Assembly (NCBI RefSeq): GCF_009914755.1
Contig: NC_060927.1
Source of the DNA: the human T2T-CHM13v2.0 reference genome, Homo sapiens
Length of the DNA stretch: 64,000 bases
Direction: 5' to 3' (one strand)
Shown here: piece by piece, positions 30,201-42,618 of the stretch
How the letters are laid out: each line of letters starts with the position of its first letter
Position numbering within the stretch: the stretch's first letter is position 1
Position numbers and translations under genes: made by a program
Notes under the pieces: generated by a model
What the model was told of the DNA's origin: nothing
Databases searched by the model: none
What the model saw: only the letters and a program-made list of their open reading frames with translations

Positions 30201-31377
30201 TGTGTAGAAGTAGTATAAACAAAGGTAAGAATGCATGCAAATGAGAGTCTTGCACATCCATGTGGTTGAAGCCTAGGATAGGTGGAGGTTAGAAGTGAAA
30301 TGAGGGGTGCTGAATATTTGTCTCCTCTACAGAATCCTTTCTAAAATAATTTCCTGGTCATTGGGTATTCAGACACAATAGCTCACAATTGTTTTTACTT
30401 TTTGGCCAACATTTCATTTAGCACAGTAAATACATTAATAATAATAAACAATAAATATTAGTTATGTATTAGGGATTATGCTAAGCAGTATAGATACAAT
30501 GATGAATCTAACCAGTTCTTGACCTCAAGAAACTGATATTCAAGGTATTAAAAAGAATGTATATATCTGATTTTCCATGTATTTGAGTTCATGTTCTTTC
30601 TGCAACTTGTGTTTTTTCCCTAGATTTATTATAGGAAAGTTTATAAGTGTTTAGGGATATTTGATAATTTTTCTTATTACAAACTAAAAAAAGAGTTCGA
30701 TCAAACAGGAATGACATTCCAGAACTTATTGTCTTTTCCATGCTGTCTAAAACTGTGTGAAAATTCAGTTGGTGGGTGGTAACACTAACTGGCATGCTCT
30801 TCAACAATCTCTAAGCAAGAAAGTATTAATTAGACATGAAATAGAGAGCATGCTCCTTTCATCCAACTAAGCAGGTGGCTGCTGCTGTTGAGGACAAAGA
30901 TAAAGTTGGTGATAAAAGTTACATCTTGTCAAATCACTTTATTTTAAGGTAGAAACTTACAGATCTTATTTGTGAGTTGTAAAGCATTCAGTCAAAGATT
31001 CATCATGGACTCAATTTATGACTTTGCAAACTTTTCCTATTCCTGTTGTGTAATACATAAATATGTACAATATAATTTTATCAACCCTATCCTTTCAACC
31101 CTTCCAAACAGTGATGGCACTGAGATCTATAAAATAACCACTAAATTAAAGTTTCTAGTTGTATGTATAGGCATTGATCCATATTAATTTCATTTAATGA
31201 CTTGCCAGTCCTTTTTTGATTTCTCCTCTTATCTCTTCTACCTTTCCTTCTGATTTTCTTTCCCCAGAGTTCCCTTCCACTGCCTATTTATATAAAGTAC
31301 TTGCAGGACTCTATGGCCTTTTCTTTTTCCTTTGGGTTATCTGACATACTGTCATGATTTTAACTACCCTTTACAAC

Positions 31378-31580
31378 AGGGGGCAGCCAGGTAATTAAAT
31401 ATGTGAAGTGGATTAGTGCAAGCAATAGGAAATGATAGGGCCTGTGGCAAACTGTAAATGCCTAAAGACATTTAATGTTATACCTAAGAAAAAAACTCCA
31501 CAACAAACCCCACCATGCTGGGCCAAATAAAAGGCTCTGCCAGATGAATTCAGCCCTTAGCATCTGACTTGCTACTCCTA
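31378..31580. mobile_element. MER102-like hAT-Charlie fragment with internal deletion
   Basis: 'gggcctgtggcaaactg' and 'ctgggccaaataaaaggctctgccagatgaattcagccc' resemble the two ends of MER102. Confidence 0.5.
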
Positions 31581-32103
31581 TCTACCAAATCTGTGATCTC
31601 TAGTTGGCCCCTCCGCAGAGCTTCAATCCCACATAGCAAATTGTTTAGTGGCTATTGAATAAGTGAATGCTTCTCAAAATACACTGCATTTTCTTTGCTT
31701 TTTCTTTTTGTCTTGGATTGAGGGGAGTATATATACAAGTTTGCTACGTGAATATATTGTGTAATTCTGGGGTTTGGATTTCTATTGAACACATTACCCA
31801 AATAGTGAACATAGTAACCAATAAGTAGTTTTTCAATCCTTGTCCCTCTCCTTCCCTTCCCCCTTTTGGAATTCTGAGTTATCTATTGCCTCCATTTTTA
31901 TGTACATATGCACCCATTGTTTAGCTACCACTTTTAAGTGAAAACATGTGGTATTTGATTATCTGTTTCTGTGGTAATTCACTTAGAATAATGACCTCCA
32001 GCTGCATCCATGTTGCTGCAAAGGACATGATTTCATTCTTTTTTATGGCTGCATAGTACTCTATGGTATGTATATACCACATTTTCTTTATTCCATTTAC
32101 TAT

Positions 32104-32656
32104 TGTTATATATAAAGTTTCAGTGCTGCAAAAGAAATAGCACTCGAATATAAAATTTTGTTTTAATTCTCAGCAAGGCAAGGTACTTCTATAGAAGGGT
32201 GCACCCTTACAGATGGAGCAATGATGAGCACACATTTGGACAAGGGAGGGGAAGGAGTTCTTATCCCTGATGCACATGGCCTCTGCTGCTGTGTCCTTTA
32301 CCTGTTGGCTAGGGTTAAACTGCACGGGCTAAACTAATTCCGATTGGCTAATTTAAAGAGAGTGATGGGGTGAGTGGTTTGGCGGGAAAAACGGTTGTGA
32401 CAGAGCAGGTAATGGAATGAGTCAGGGTGGAGCAGGTAATCAGAATGAGTCAGGGTGGAGTAGGTAATCGGAATGGGGGTGGAGCAAGTAATTAGAATGA
32501 GTCAGGGTGGAGCAGGTGATTGAAATGAGTCAGGGGGGAGCAGGTAATCGAAAAAGGTTGCTTTATGAGGAAGTTAAATTTAAAAGTAGAAGGCAAAGAA
32601 GTGAACATACTGACATATTGATTCTTTGAAAAGAAATTTAGAACTCATAGCTAACA
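32104..32656 (-). mobile_element. LTR10 (HERV-I/HERVIP10 group, LTR10A/F-like) solo LTR
   Basis: Reverse start 'tgttagctatgagttctaaatttcttttcaaagaatcaatatgtcagtatg', internal 28-bp repeat, TG..CA ends, TSD ctat at 32100-32103 and 32657-32660. Confidence 0.85.
32403..32550. promoter_or_regulatory. 28-bp tandem array with four AP-1 motifs (TGAGTCA)
   Basis: Unit ~GGAGCAGGTAATCGGAATGAGTCAGGGT, about 5 copies; TGAGTCA at 32418, 32446, 32498, 32526. The third unit has lost the motif. Activity is not shown by the sequence. Confidence 0.7.
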
Positions 32657-33719
32657 CTATTGAGGGGCACCTAGATTGATTCCATGATTTTGCTATTGTG
32701 AACAGTGCTGCAATAAATATACTAATACAGCTGTTTTTTTGGTAGAATGATTTCTTTCTTTTGGATAGATACTCAGTAGTGAGATTGCTGGGTCAAAATG
32801 GTAGTTCTGTTTTTCATTCTTTGAGAAATGCACATATTGCTTTTCACAGGGACTGAATTAATTTACATTAACTCAAAATGGATTAAAGGCTTAAATATAA
32901 AACTTCAAACTATAAAAATCCTAGAAGAAAACCTAGGAAAAACTCTTCTGGACATATAGGTCTAGGCAAAAAGTTCATGACTAAGACCTCAAAAGCAAAT
33001 GCAAAAGAAACAAAAATTGACAATCAGGACTTAATTAAGCTAAAGAGCTTCTGCACAAGGAAAGAAACTATCAACAGAGTAAGCAGACAACCTACAGAAT
33101 GGCATTATAGAAAACTTTGTTTACTATGCATCTGACAAGGGACTAACATCCAGAATCTATAAGGAATTTAAACAAATCAAAAAGAAAAAAAAATAACTGC
33201 ATTAAAAAGTGGGCAAAGGACATGAGCAGACACTTCTCAAAAGAAGATGTGCAAGAGGCCAACAAATATATGAAAAATGTGCAACATCATTAATCATCAG
33301 AGAAATGCAAACTAAAACCACAATGAGATAACAATCTTGCACCAGTCAGAATGGCTATTATTGAAAGTAAAAAAATAACAGATGTTGGTAAGGATGTGGA
33401 GAAAAGGGAACATTTATACGCTGTTGGTGGGAATGTAAATTAGTTCAGCTACTGTAGAGAGCAGTTTGGAGGTTTCTCAAAGAACGCTTATCTACTGCAT
33501 TTTAGAATCACCTGGGAGAATTTTTGAAAATACTGCTGCTCCAGGGGCTAGGATCTGAGCTTTAAATGTTTTTAAAAAGACTTCTTCCAGTGTTAAGAAT
33601 CAATGCCAAAATAGATTTTGTTTCAACTCGTAAGCATTTCCTGTAATTAAAAAATGTAAAAGACAGATGATCAGAAACAAGAGGAGCATCTTAAAATTAT
33701 AAATTTACAAATGCACAAG

Positions 33720-35700
33720 TATTTTGGTTTATCTTTTAGTTGTTAGTTTCTAGTTTTATTGCATTATGATGAAAATTATAGTTTTCTATGATTTGTATTT
33801 TTGGAAATTAGGTGTTTTGTGAGCAATCTTTGAAAGTTTTATTCCTACATAAATAATGTGCATTTTCTGCTTGATGAGAAAATATTTTCTTTATTTGATA
33901 TTATGCTTATAAGTTAACTTTTTAAAATCTCCTTTCTCCTAATTTTTGTGTATTTGATGTAACCATACTTGGAGACATATGCAAAATCTACCTCTCTATA
34001 TAAATTTTGACTTGTAAATTTTTCCTTATACTTCTAGAATTTTGTGTTATATTTTGATGTTAATTTTTTGGTATATAAAATATGTAACTCCTTGTAATTT
34101 TTTGGTGAATTGTTTCTCTTATCATTTCAAATAATTTCCAGACATTGAATTCTATTTTGTTACAGCTACATTTCTGGGGAGAAAGTAAAGATTTGTCTGA
34201 AGATTCATCTATCCATCTGGATTGCACATATTATCTATATAATCTTATATATAATCTTATGTATAATCTTATATATTATAATCTTATATATAATCTTATG
34301 TATAATCTTATATATTAAATCTTATGTACAATCTTATATATAATCTTATATATAGAGACAGATCTATCCTCACTATAGAGATATAGATATCTATATATCA
34401 TCTATATTTATATCTATATCTTCTATATCATCTGTATGTATCTATATCACTTCATATGTATAACTCTCTCTATATATTTTTTATCTTATTTTTAATCTAT
34501 CTGTGTCATTTAGTTTTAACTATCTCATTATCAATCTATGGCTGGATTAGTAGTTTGGAATCCAATGTGACAGTCTCTATTTTTGTGGCAGAATATAACC
34601 CATTCACATTTTTTATGTTTATTGATCACTGAATTTATTTCTGCCATCTTTTTTGGTGTCATCCTTTAGTTAAGCTTAATTTTCTCCTCCTTCTCTGCCT
34701 TTTATTATTATTTTCTTTCTACAGATTTATCTTAAATTTTAGGCAAAGCTATTTGTATTTTCACATTCCATGTGTTTAAAAAGCAAACATTTGGATCTAT
34801 ATTACTATTTTTATATGGTACATGTCTATATTCTTGAATCATGTCTTTTTCTTGTATTTAGTTTTTATTTTTGTGAAGTGCAATATTGAATACATTCTCA
34901 AGAAGTTATTTGAGAACAGTTTATATATCATAAATTTTCAAAGAATGTCTTTAATTTTTCCTGACAGTTGAGTTTAATGACATACTTCTGGTTTTTTTTA
35001 GTATCCGTTAATAAATATGGTACATATTATAGAAAAAATATGTTTTGTTTTTCTCAATTGTATTAACATGTTATCTGTATCTTTGGAATTCAGAAATTTC
35101 ACCAAGATATGTCTAGGTAAGCTTCTTTATCTTAATTCCATACAGGATTCTTTCAATTTAAAGTTTAACGTCTTTTAGCTCAAGGAAATTTTCTTCAGGA
35201 GTCTATGTCTTCCCCTGTCTTCTCTCTGTCTTCTTCTGAAGCCCCTATTAGTCTTCTTGCAGACTTCTCAGATAGAATTCTCTACCTTTAATATTTTCTC
35301 ACAAATTTTTCAACTTTTTATCTTTTGTGTATTGTGTTTGATGATTATCCCTGAGTTTGTTTTTCCAGCTCAAATAATTAATCTTCTACTTGGATTTGTT
35401 TTACTACTCTATCTATTGGTCTCTTGACTTTGGAAATAATATAAAAAATTTCCAAATATTCTCATTGCTTCTTTTTCATAGCAGCCTCTTCTCACTTTTC
35501 TCCTTCTCCTTATTTTCATCTTTCTCCTTCTTCTCTTCCTCCATTTACATCTTCTTTTGATTCTTTGTAATACTCTAAACCTCTGGCTGTATTAATTATA
35601 CTTAAGTCCATTTAAGTAATTATACTTATTGAAGATTTTCTTTTTCAAAAATAATAAAGTTTCATCAGAAGTTACCTTTTCTCTTGGTAAGGTTTGGTAT
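33720..35700 (-). mobile_element. Highly decayed old L1 (L1M/L1ME)
   Basis: T-rich L1 antisense-like text, e.g. 'ttctagttttattgcattatg', 'aacccattcacatttttt', 'cagaaatttcaccaagatatgtctaggt'. Confidence 0.55.
34236..34475. repeat. AT-rich minisatellite (TATAATCTTATA)n grading into TATC/TA low complexity
   Basis: About nine imperfect 12-bp units at 34236-34352, then degenerate (TATC/TA) repeats. Confidence 0.85.
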
Positions 35701-36238
35701 CACCTGTCTTTTTTCATCAAATATTTGGTGCTTCTTGTTTGTTTGTTTGTTTGTTTATATAGATGAGAATTATGCTCAGCACTAATAGTAGCTTGTGTAT
35801 CTTTCTTAAGCCTGAGTGAGTATCTTACTGTTTTGGGAATAAAAGAAGATTTGAATGAGTAAGAAGGATGGGGAAATTCTTGTGGCATAGTCCATTTTCC
35901 TTCAGAGGTCACAAACCACTGACTAATGTGAAAATTGGAACATTTTATATGAAATTAGAGATTTTATTTTTTCTTGAAAAATATAAAAATTTAGCAAATA
36001 AGAGTCTGTGTCTTTGCATGGCAACAACTGGCTAGAACTAAGTCAAGTCTGCCCTTTCCATGTGCTCCTGTTTGTCATAGTCTCCATCACTCCCATCATT
36101 TAAACCCTACTCATTTCAGTGATGTTCATCTGTCAAGCCCTTTTGACATATGAGCTTTCAATCACTGCATTATGGCATAAAGGTAACATGTCTTCTAGAG
36201 ATGAGGGTCGGTGTCAGTTACCAGGGCATTCGCTCTCC

Positions 36239-37023
36239 TGATACGATTTGGATGTTTTGTCCTCTCCAAGTCTCATGTTGAAATGTGACCTCCACTATTG
36301 GAGGTGGGCCTAGCAGGGGCTGTTTGGTTCATGGAGGTGGATCTCTCAAGAATGGCTTGATGCCCTCCCCATGGTAATGAGTGAGTTCTCCCCACCCAAA
36401 TCTCATCTTGAATTTTAATCCACATAATCCCCATGTGTCAATGGAGGCACCCAAAGTGATTAGATCATAGGGGCAGCTTCCCTCATGCTGTTCTGGTGAT
36501 AATGAGTGAGTTCTCACAAGATCTGATGGTTTTTTAAGTGTCTGGCATTTCCCTTGCTCACACTCACTTCTCCTTCCTGCCGCCTTGTGAGGAAGGTGCC
36601 TTGCTTCCCCTTTGCCTTTGCCATGATTGTAAGTTTCCCGAGGTCTACCCAGCCATGCTGAACTGTGAGTCAATTAAAACTTTTTCCTTTATATATTACC
36701 CAATCTCAGGCAGTTCTTTATAGCAGTATGAAAATGAACTAATACAGTTCTCAATCTGTTAGTTTATATGAGAGTTGGCTGTTTAAAGTCACCTGACACC
36801 TCCTCTTCTCCTCTTGCTCCCTTTTGCCATGTGATACACCACTTGCCCTTTGCCTTCTACCATGATTATAAGCTCCCTGAGACTTTACCAGAAGCCAAGC
36901 AGATGCTGATCCCATGCTTGTACAGCCTGCAGAACTGTGAGCCAAATAAACTTCTTTTCTTCATAAACTATGCAGCCTCAGGTGTATAAAGAAATTTAAA
37001 GCAATGTACAACAGAGTAACACA
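36239..37023 (+). mobile_element. MSTB-like MaLR LTR split by a THE1
   Basis: 5' part 'tgatacgatttggatgttttgtcc...' to 36389; 3' part 36747-37023 with 'cagaactgtgagccaaataaac'. Confidence 0.85.
36390..36746 (+). mobile_element. THE1D/MSTA-like LTR nested in MSTB
   Basis: 'ccccacccaaatctcatcttgaatt...ctgtgagtcaattaaa...gaactaataca'; TSD gttct at 36385-36389 and 36747-36751. Confidence 0.85.
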
Positions 37024-38396
37024 TCCCCTCTCTAGCTCTATGTCCATTCAGAAGTCTCCTAAGTCAGACTTGCACTGTTATATAGGTGGTTTTATTTTAT
37101 GGTCAACTGGAGTTAGTTTTTCGGAGAGCAGTGAATTAGTTTTTCCACAGGCTATTTCGTTAATTAAATGATATATCTGTTTCTTTTCTAGCCCACTACT
37201 TCTTCGATCTAGGGGCAAGTCTAGTGTGTTTGTGTGGGGGATTTATTCTTGTGGGAAATATTCCTTTTCCCAAAAAATTATTATAATAAAATACTAATAC
37301 ATAAAAATAATGGTCACCTATTACTATGTCAGAATTTACTATTTTTGAGGCACTAGGATTAGTATTTACTATTACAAATCATCCTAAGAGCTCCTTAGTT
37401 AAATCAAGTATTATCGTAACTTTTTAGGTTTGAGAAATAGAAAGCAAAAAGAGTGTGAGAAATTTGCTGAAGGTAACATAGTTAATGAGTAGAAAGGGTG
37501 GATTTTGAAGCCAGGTAATCTGCTACCACCATTTGGGCCCTTAACCGCTATACCAGATGCCTTTCTACTTAAGATGATCGCTTCCTTTGGGGTTTTCCGT
37601 ATTTGCAATATAGCTTTCAGAAATTCTGCACTCTTTTCATCTTTGGATGTTATTTTCACTAGTTTTTCTAAAGTGCAGTTTGACTTTTTTTTGGTGGTGG
37701 GGGTATGTTGTCCCATTGGGAGAGGGCTTAATCCATCATACAAATTGTCTTGCTTCCTAACTAAACAGTGATCCTTGATGGTGAGGAGATTTATCTTATG
37801 TATCTTTAGATCCTTTACTGCAGCACATTGCCTGGCTGACAATGACATTCAACACATGTCTAGTTTGAAAATAACTGTTTTTGTTTCTTTTATCCTTTGA
37901 AATGTTATATATTGGGTAGATATTTATATATAATGTATTAAAGAAAATCTATTTAGACCATTTAAATCAAACCATATTTCTTGACATTTTTCATAATTGT
38001 TTCCCCTTGGTATATGGATTTTTTGAGCTTTAGTGCTCTCATTTAGGCTGTTTATTCAGTCATACATCCATTTGGGTATCCAATCATTTATTTTTTCTTT
38101 CATTTAACAAAAGTGCATTGATCAGTTGCTATACACAAAGCAATACTATTATTGGCCCTGATAAAAAGGAACTTACAAGCTAGTAATGGAAAGAAAATCT
38201 CTACACATATAATTATGTTACACATTAACATGTACAAAAAGACAACAGATAACAAGCTCTGGAAGTCCTTGAGAGAGAAGTCATGAAAAGGTACTGAAAA
38301 GCTAATATTAATTGGATGAATTTTGAAGGAGAGAAAAAATTGGAACATGTGGTGATAGCAACCTTATTGATTTCCTATAAAGTAATGCAATTTAAA

Positions 38397-38456
38397 GTGT
38401 ATATATATATGTGTGTGTGTGTGTGTGTATATAAATGTGTTTGTGTGTGTCTGTGT
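38397..38456. repeat. (TA)n(TG)n microsatellite
   Basis: Seen directly. Confidence 0.85.
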
Positions 38457-39754
38457 GATATCCTAATAGCAGTACAAATCCTCTGTTTTTAACAATGATC
38501 ATCAATTCAAAGAAATATCTTTGAGATATATGCAGTCCAAATTAACTTTGCATTCAACTTTACATTCTTAAAGAACTCAAGTGGATGTTAGATTTTCTGT
38601 TTTCTTTTCTTTCTTTTTTTTTTTGATAATGGAAAGGAACTCCTTCCCAGTGTGATAGTTTGATATTTTGACAGAAACCCAATCATTCTCCACTCAATAT
38701 ACTATAAAGGGCAGAAAGCCTGAAAAGTCAAAATCTACTTTAAGTTTTGGAACTTTTCAAAATTTATTTCAGCTATTTTTGATAAAATATAAGAGTGTGA
38801 TTGAAAATGTTATGGGTAAAATTGAATACATAGCCTAAGTAATGAAATTCTTGAATTTTCCAAGTATCAGTGAGAGACCTATTGGGCTAAAACACTTGCA
38901 CTGAAAGGACGTCATCTTTGAAAGGTGTTCAACACAATTTATCTTGAATTATGAGTAATATGCTTTGATTTACCTCTTCAGAGATCTGTTTGCAGTGTGA
39001 GACTGAACACAGCTTTGATTCTTTGGAGGAGCTATCCACGAGGGCAAAATTAATGAACGTCACATTCTCAACAGTCAGTCCTGGGATAGAGACATACAAG
39101 AAACCAGGAGAAGAACTTTGTGCTGGTGTAGAACAGAACTATAACATGCTTCTGGGTGTGGCAGCTTATTTCTCTCATCTGATTTGGAAAGGAAACACTG
39201 AGGAAGATAGAAGCTGGGTAGCTAAAGACTTAGTTGAGGAGGAATTAGAACTAGTGCTGAATGGTCCTCTTGGTTCAACTGGCATTTATTTATTTATTTA
39301 TTGAAAATTTATTTTAATCAATTATGAAGGAGAACTGTAAATGGAGGGAACTTTAAAAAGATAAAAAGCTATGAGTATCCTTAAAAGGATGGCTAAATGA
39401 CTCTTCTCAGGCATTAGCTGATTCACTACTGCAATTATATTTCAATTTAATACACTGAATACCTCAGTGTGCTTCCTTAACACACACACACATATATATA
39501 CACATACAAATATAAAACAGATTAAAAGTAAAATTTAAAATTTCTAATCTATTGCTTTCTCCTGCAACAAAATATTTATACTGCTCTCTTAATTTGAATC
39601 TAAAATTATTGTTTTCTTCATGCTGTTAAATGAGACTTTTCCTTGACATATTTTTCATTTCGCTTCCAATACTGGATGTTATTTAGTAAAATATATGTAT
39701 GTAAACAAAGGCCTTAAATAAGTTGTGAAGTGTACAATTAGAAGCAGTGTTCAT

Positions 39755-40055
<301 letters not shown>

Positions 40056-41209
40056 GGCACTGTTCATATAATTAGGATAAAGTTTTTCCTCTTGATATTG
40101 GTTTAGCTGGTTTTCAAGTACATTCATTCAAAAGAGGCATTAATCAGGATTGTAGTTCATCTCTCTTTTTATAGCAAGCCCTGTGGCTGTGTCATCCCCG
40201 TGGTCCATTAATCTCTTACTGCATTACCCTGAAATGGTGTTGGTTATAAGTAATCATAAACTGTCAGCTTTGAAAAGCTAACATTTGTTAGCTTCATAGA
40301 CATGAAAAAACTAGTGATAAGTGATGTTGTTAAAAAGTCAAATTAAATGTTAATTGATGCGAGGGCACAAAACAGCAAGGCACTTAAGAGTTTAAATGCA
40401 GGCACTACATTTATCAGAATTGACAAATTATCCTGAAGAGTTTCCATGGATATCTGCCTTTATATTTTTCTCCATCACCATTTTCCATGTAAGCATATCA
40501 CAATTCAAAAGTAGTTAGGATACCACTCTTGCTGAGTGTTTACATAGTCTCATATGAAGCCATAGGCACGATTCTGATGCCATTGTATATATTTACAATG
40601 TTTTATTTTTAAACAGTGTGGTGCTCTAAGCAAAGAATAAAAGAACAGACTATCCTAGAAATTTGCATGAGGAGAAAAGAACATGCACACTCTTGGGGAA
40701 TTAAAGAGAAGATTCTTTCTTAATCATCTCATACATTTAAATTACCCAGATTTGCATAAATGCTGAAGTGTGAATTGTTGCCTTAAAAAAAAAAATTCAA
40801 TTCCTTTCAGACCATTGCTAATTATTCTTGGCTAATGTGGTAAAGTTAGAGGCACAGAAAGTCACTGATAATCCTGGGCTGTCTTCCCTAGAATGCTGAC
40901 AGAAGGCGTGGTTAGTTTAAATTCTCTGGTTGATAAACAAGGCAGAAGTAGGCTAAAATGTGACTAAAATAGTTTTGCTTTTTTGGATCTTCGGCTGCTA
41001 CTAGACTACAAAAAATGGAAACGCATTCTGGCTGACTCTAGAGGCATCACTGCTTTTATAGAAATGTTTAGTTAATCACAGATGTGTTTTTGCTAGATTT
41101 TCCTATCATTAGAACTAGTCCAGAGCCGGTTACCTGGCATGAATTTTGGATTCTGCTTGGTACGTTTTAATGTGCCAATTTTTCACAAAATATCTACTTA
41201 CGAAATAAT

Positions 41210-41211
<2 letters not shown>

Positions 41212-41242
<31 letters not shown>
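41212..41242. repeat. (TA)n microsatellite
   Basis: About 15 perfect TA units. Confidence 0.95.
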
Positions 41243-41249
<7 letters not shown>

Positions 41250-41582
41250 ATAAAGGACCTAGGCTTTTTTTGAATTCTATTTAGGTGACTATTGATTTGT
41301 TATTTATTTGTATAAATAATTTTCTGTGGCCACATAAAGATTCCAATGAACATTCCCTTTTAGGGCAAGATAAATTGAGTATTCTGACCTAAGACTGACA
41401 CCTGTTTACAGAATATATGAGTTAAGAATTTTTCTTAATGGCTTGGTGGATTTCCACAGCTTAGTACTCACCTGTCATTTGAATAGTCTTGTTTTCCTGG
41501 TAGGATTTTCTTTCTTCTTCATTAGAAATTTACTTGCATTCATGTTGTCCTCCATAGTAGAAAGACTTCATTCAGTGAGGCA

Positions 41583-41584
<2 letters not shown>

Positions 41585-41618
<34 letters not shown>
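41585..41618. repeat. T34 mononucleotide run
   Basis: 34 uninterrupted T; not attached to a recognisable SINE or LINE. Confidence 0.95.
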
Positions 41619-41622
<4 letters not shown>

Positions 41623-42618
41623 GAAAGAAGTTTGAGAGGCCTCAAGGCAGTAGAGACAATCAGTTTGTGTTTGAATGTAAGCATTGAGAAATTAAATTGA
41701 ATTCAATGGCTATTACTGAGTGGCCACCTTGTGCTTTACTGGACAGACTACAAGAAGAAATCTAAAATACAATTCCTGCCCTCTAGGCTCAAACAGTCTA
41801 TTTTAAAAGGAGTGGCAAATGAAGTAGTGGGAGCCACTCTCTATAGTGGTTCAGAGTACCCAGCACAAGGGGTGTGACTGAGGGGAGTGCAGGGAGAAAA
41901 CCTTGCTTTTGCTGTTTCCCTAGCTAGGTGTCTATGAGCCTGAGTCTGCCCTAAAGGGCAGTTATATGATATGTTACACGTTTCTTGCCAGCTATGCAAG
42001 AAACATTTCCTGTAACTTAACAGAAGAAATATTTAGTTTTAGTTTAAAAAACCATCCAATTTATAGTTCTTGTCAGCAGGTGGCTTTCCTCTATGCAGTG
42101 ATTCTGGCTGGGACTGAGGCTCCTTATAGCTTATGATTTTACCATTTTCACCAAATAATTTCCAAAATATTAATGAGTTGTCTACTTCAAGCCACAGGCA
42201 AAAGAGAGTATGGAAACTCATATATAGGAAATATATAATGGCCCAGACACACATCAGTTCTGCTTATGTTCCATTGACTAGAAGTCTATCACGTGGCCAC
42301 ACCTAACCTCAGGCAAGCCTGGGAAATGTAGTCTAGCTGTGAGCCCAGGAAGAAGAGGAAATGGGTCTGATAAATAGCTAGCTAGTTATGTATCTGCCAC
42401 ACTTTGCCCTTCTAGTTTTCTATCATCCATGTCTATGTTTATGTCTATATCTCTCTATATATGTGTACACATATACCTATTGATAATTGTTTCACAATCG
42501 TATCTTTCAAGAATAAGTATGTTGTAGAGCTAGTACTTAGGTTGATTTTGCTTTGGTCTCAATATCTTTTAATACAGGGACAGGGAATTATGCCTGGTCT
42601 TAGTATTGTATAACACAA

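Larger units (their letters stand above)
31693..33493 (-). mobile_element. L1PA15/16-like LINE-1, 5'-truncated with 5' inversion
   Basis: Minus-strand 3' end 31693-32869 (interrupted by LTR10); plus-strand ORF2-end segment 32870-33485; TSD actgcatttt at 31683-31692 and 33494-33503. Confidence 0.9.
31665..33605. mobile_element. MER5-type DNA transposon split by an L1 insertion
   Basis: 'gcttctcaaaatacactgcatttt' joined to 'agaatcacctgggaga...aaaatactg...ttaagaatcaatg' reconstitutes a MER5A-like element. Confidence 0.65.

Noticed and set aside
32403-32550. 28-bp repeats as a possible CRISPR-like array
   Set aside because: Head-to-tail units without unique spacers, inside a primate LTR10; it is a VNTR.
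37411-37848. 145-aa minus-strand ORF
   Set aside because: Spans MIR and L2 relics; no domain recognised.
38990-39304. 104-aa ORF in apparently unique DNA with nearby AG acceptor-like sites
   Set aside because: Non-ATG start, no recognisable homology, no convincing donor site; cannot be supported as an exon without transcript data.
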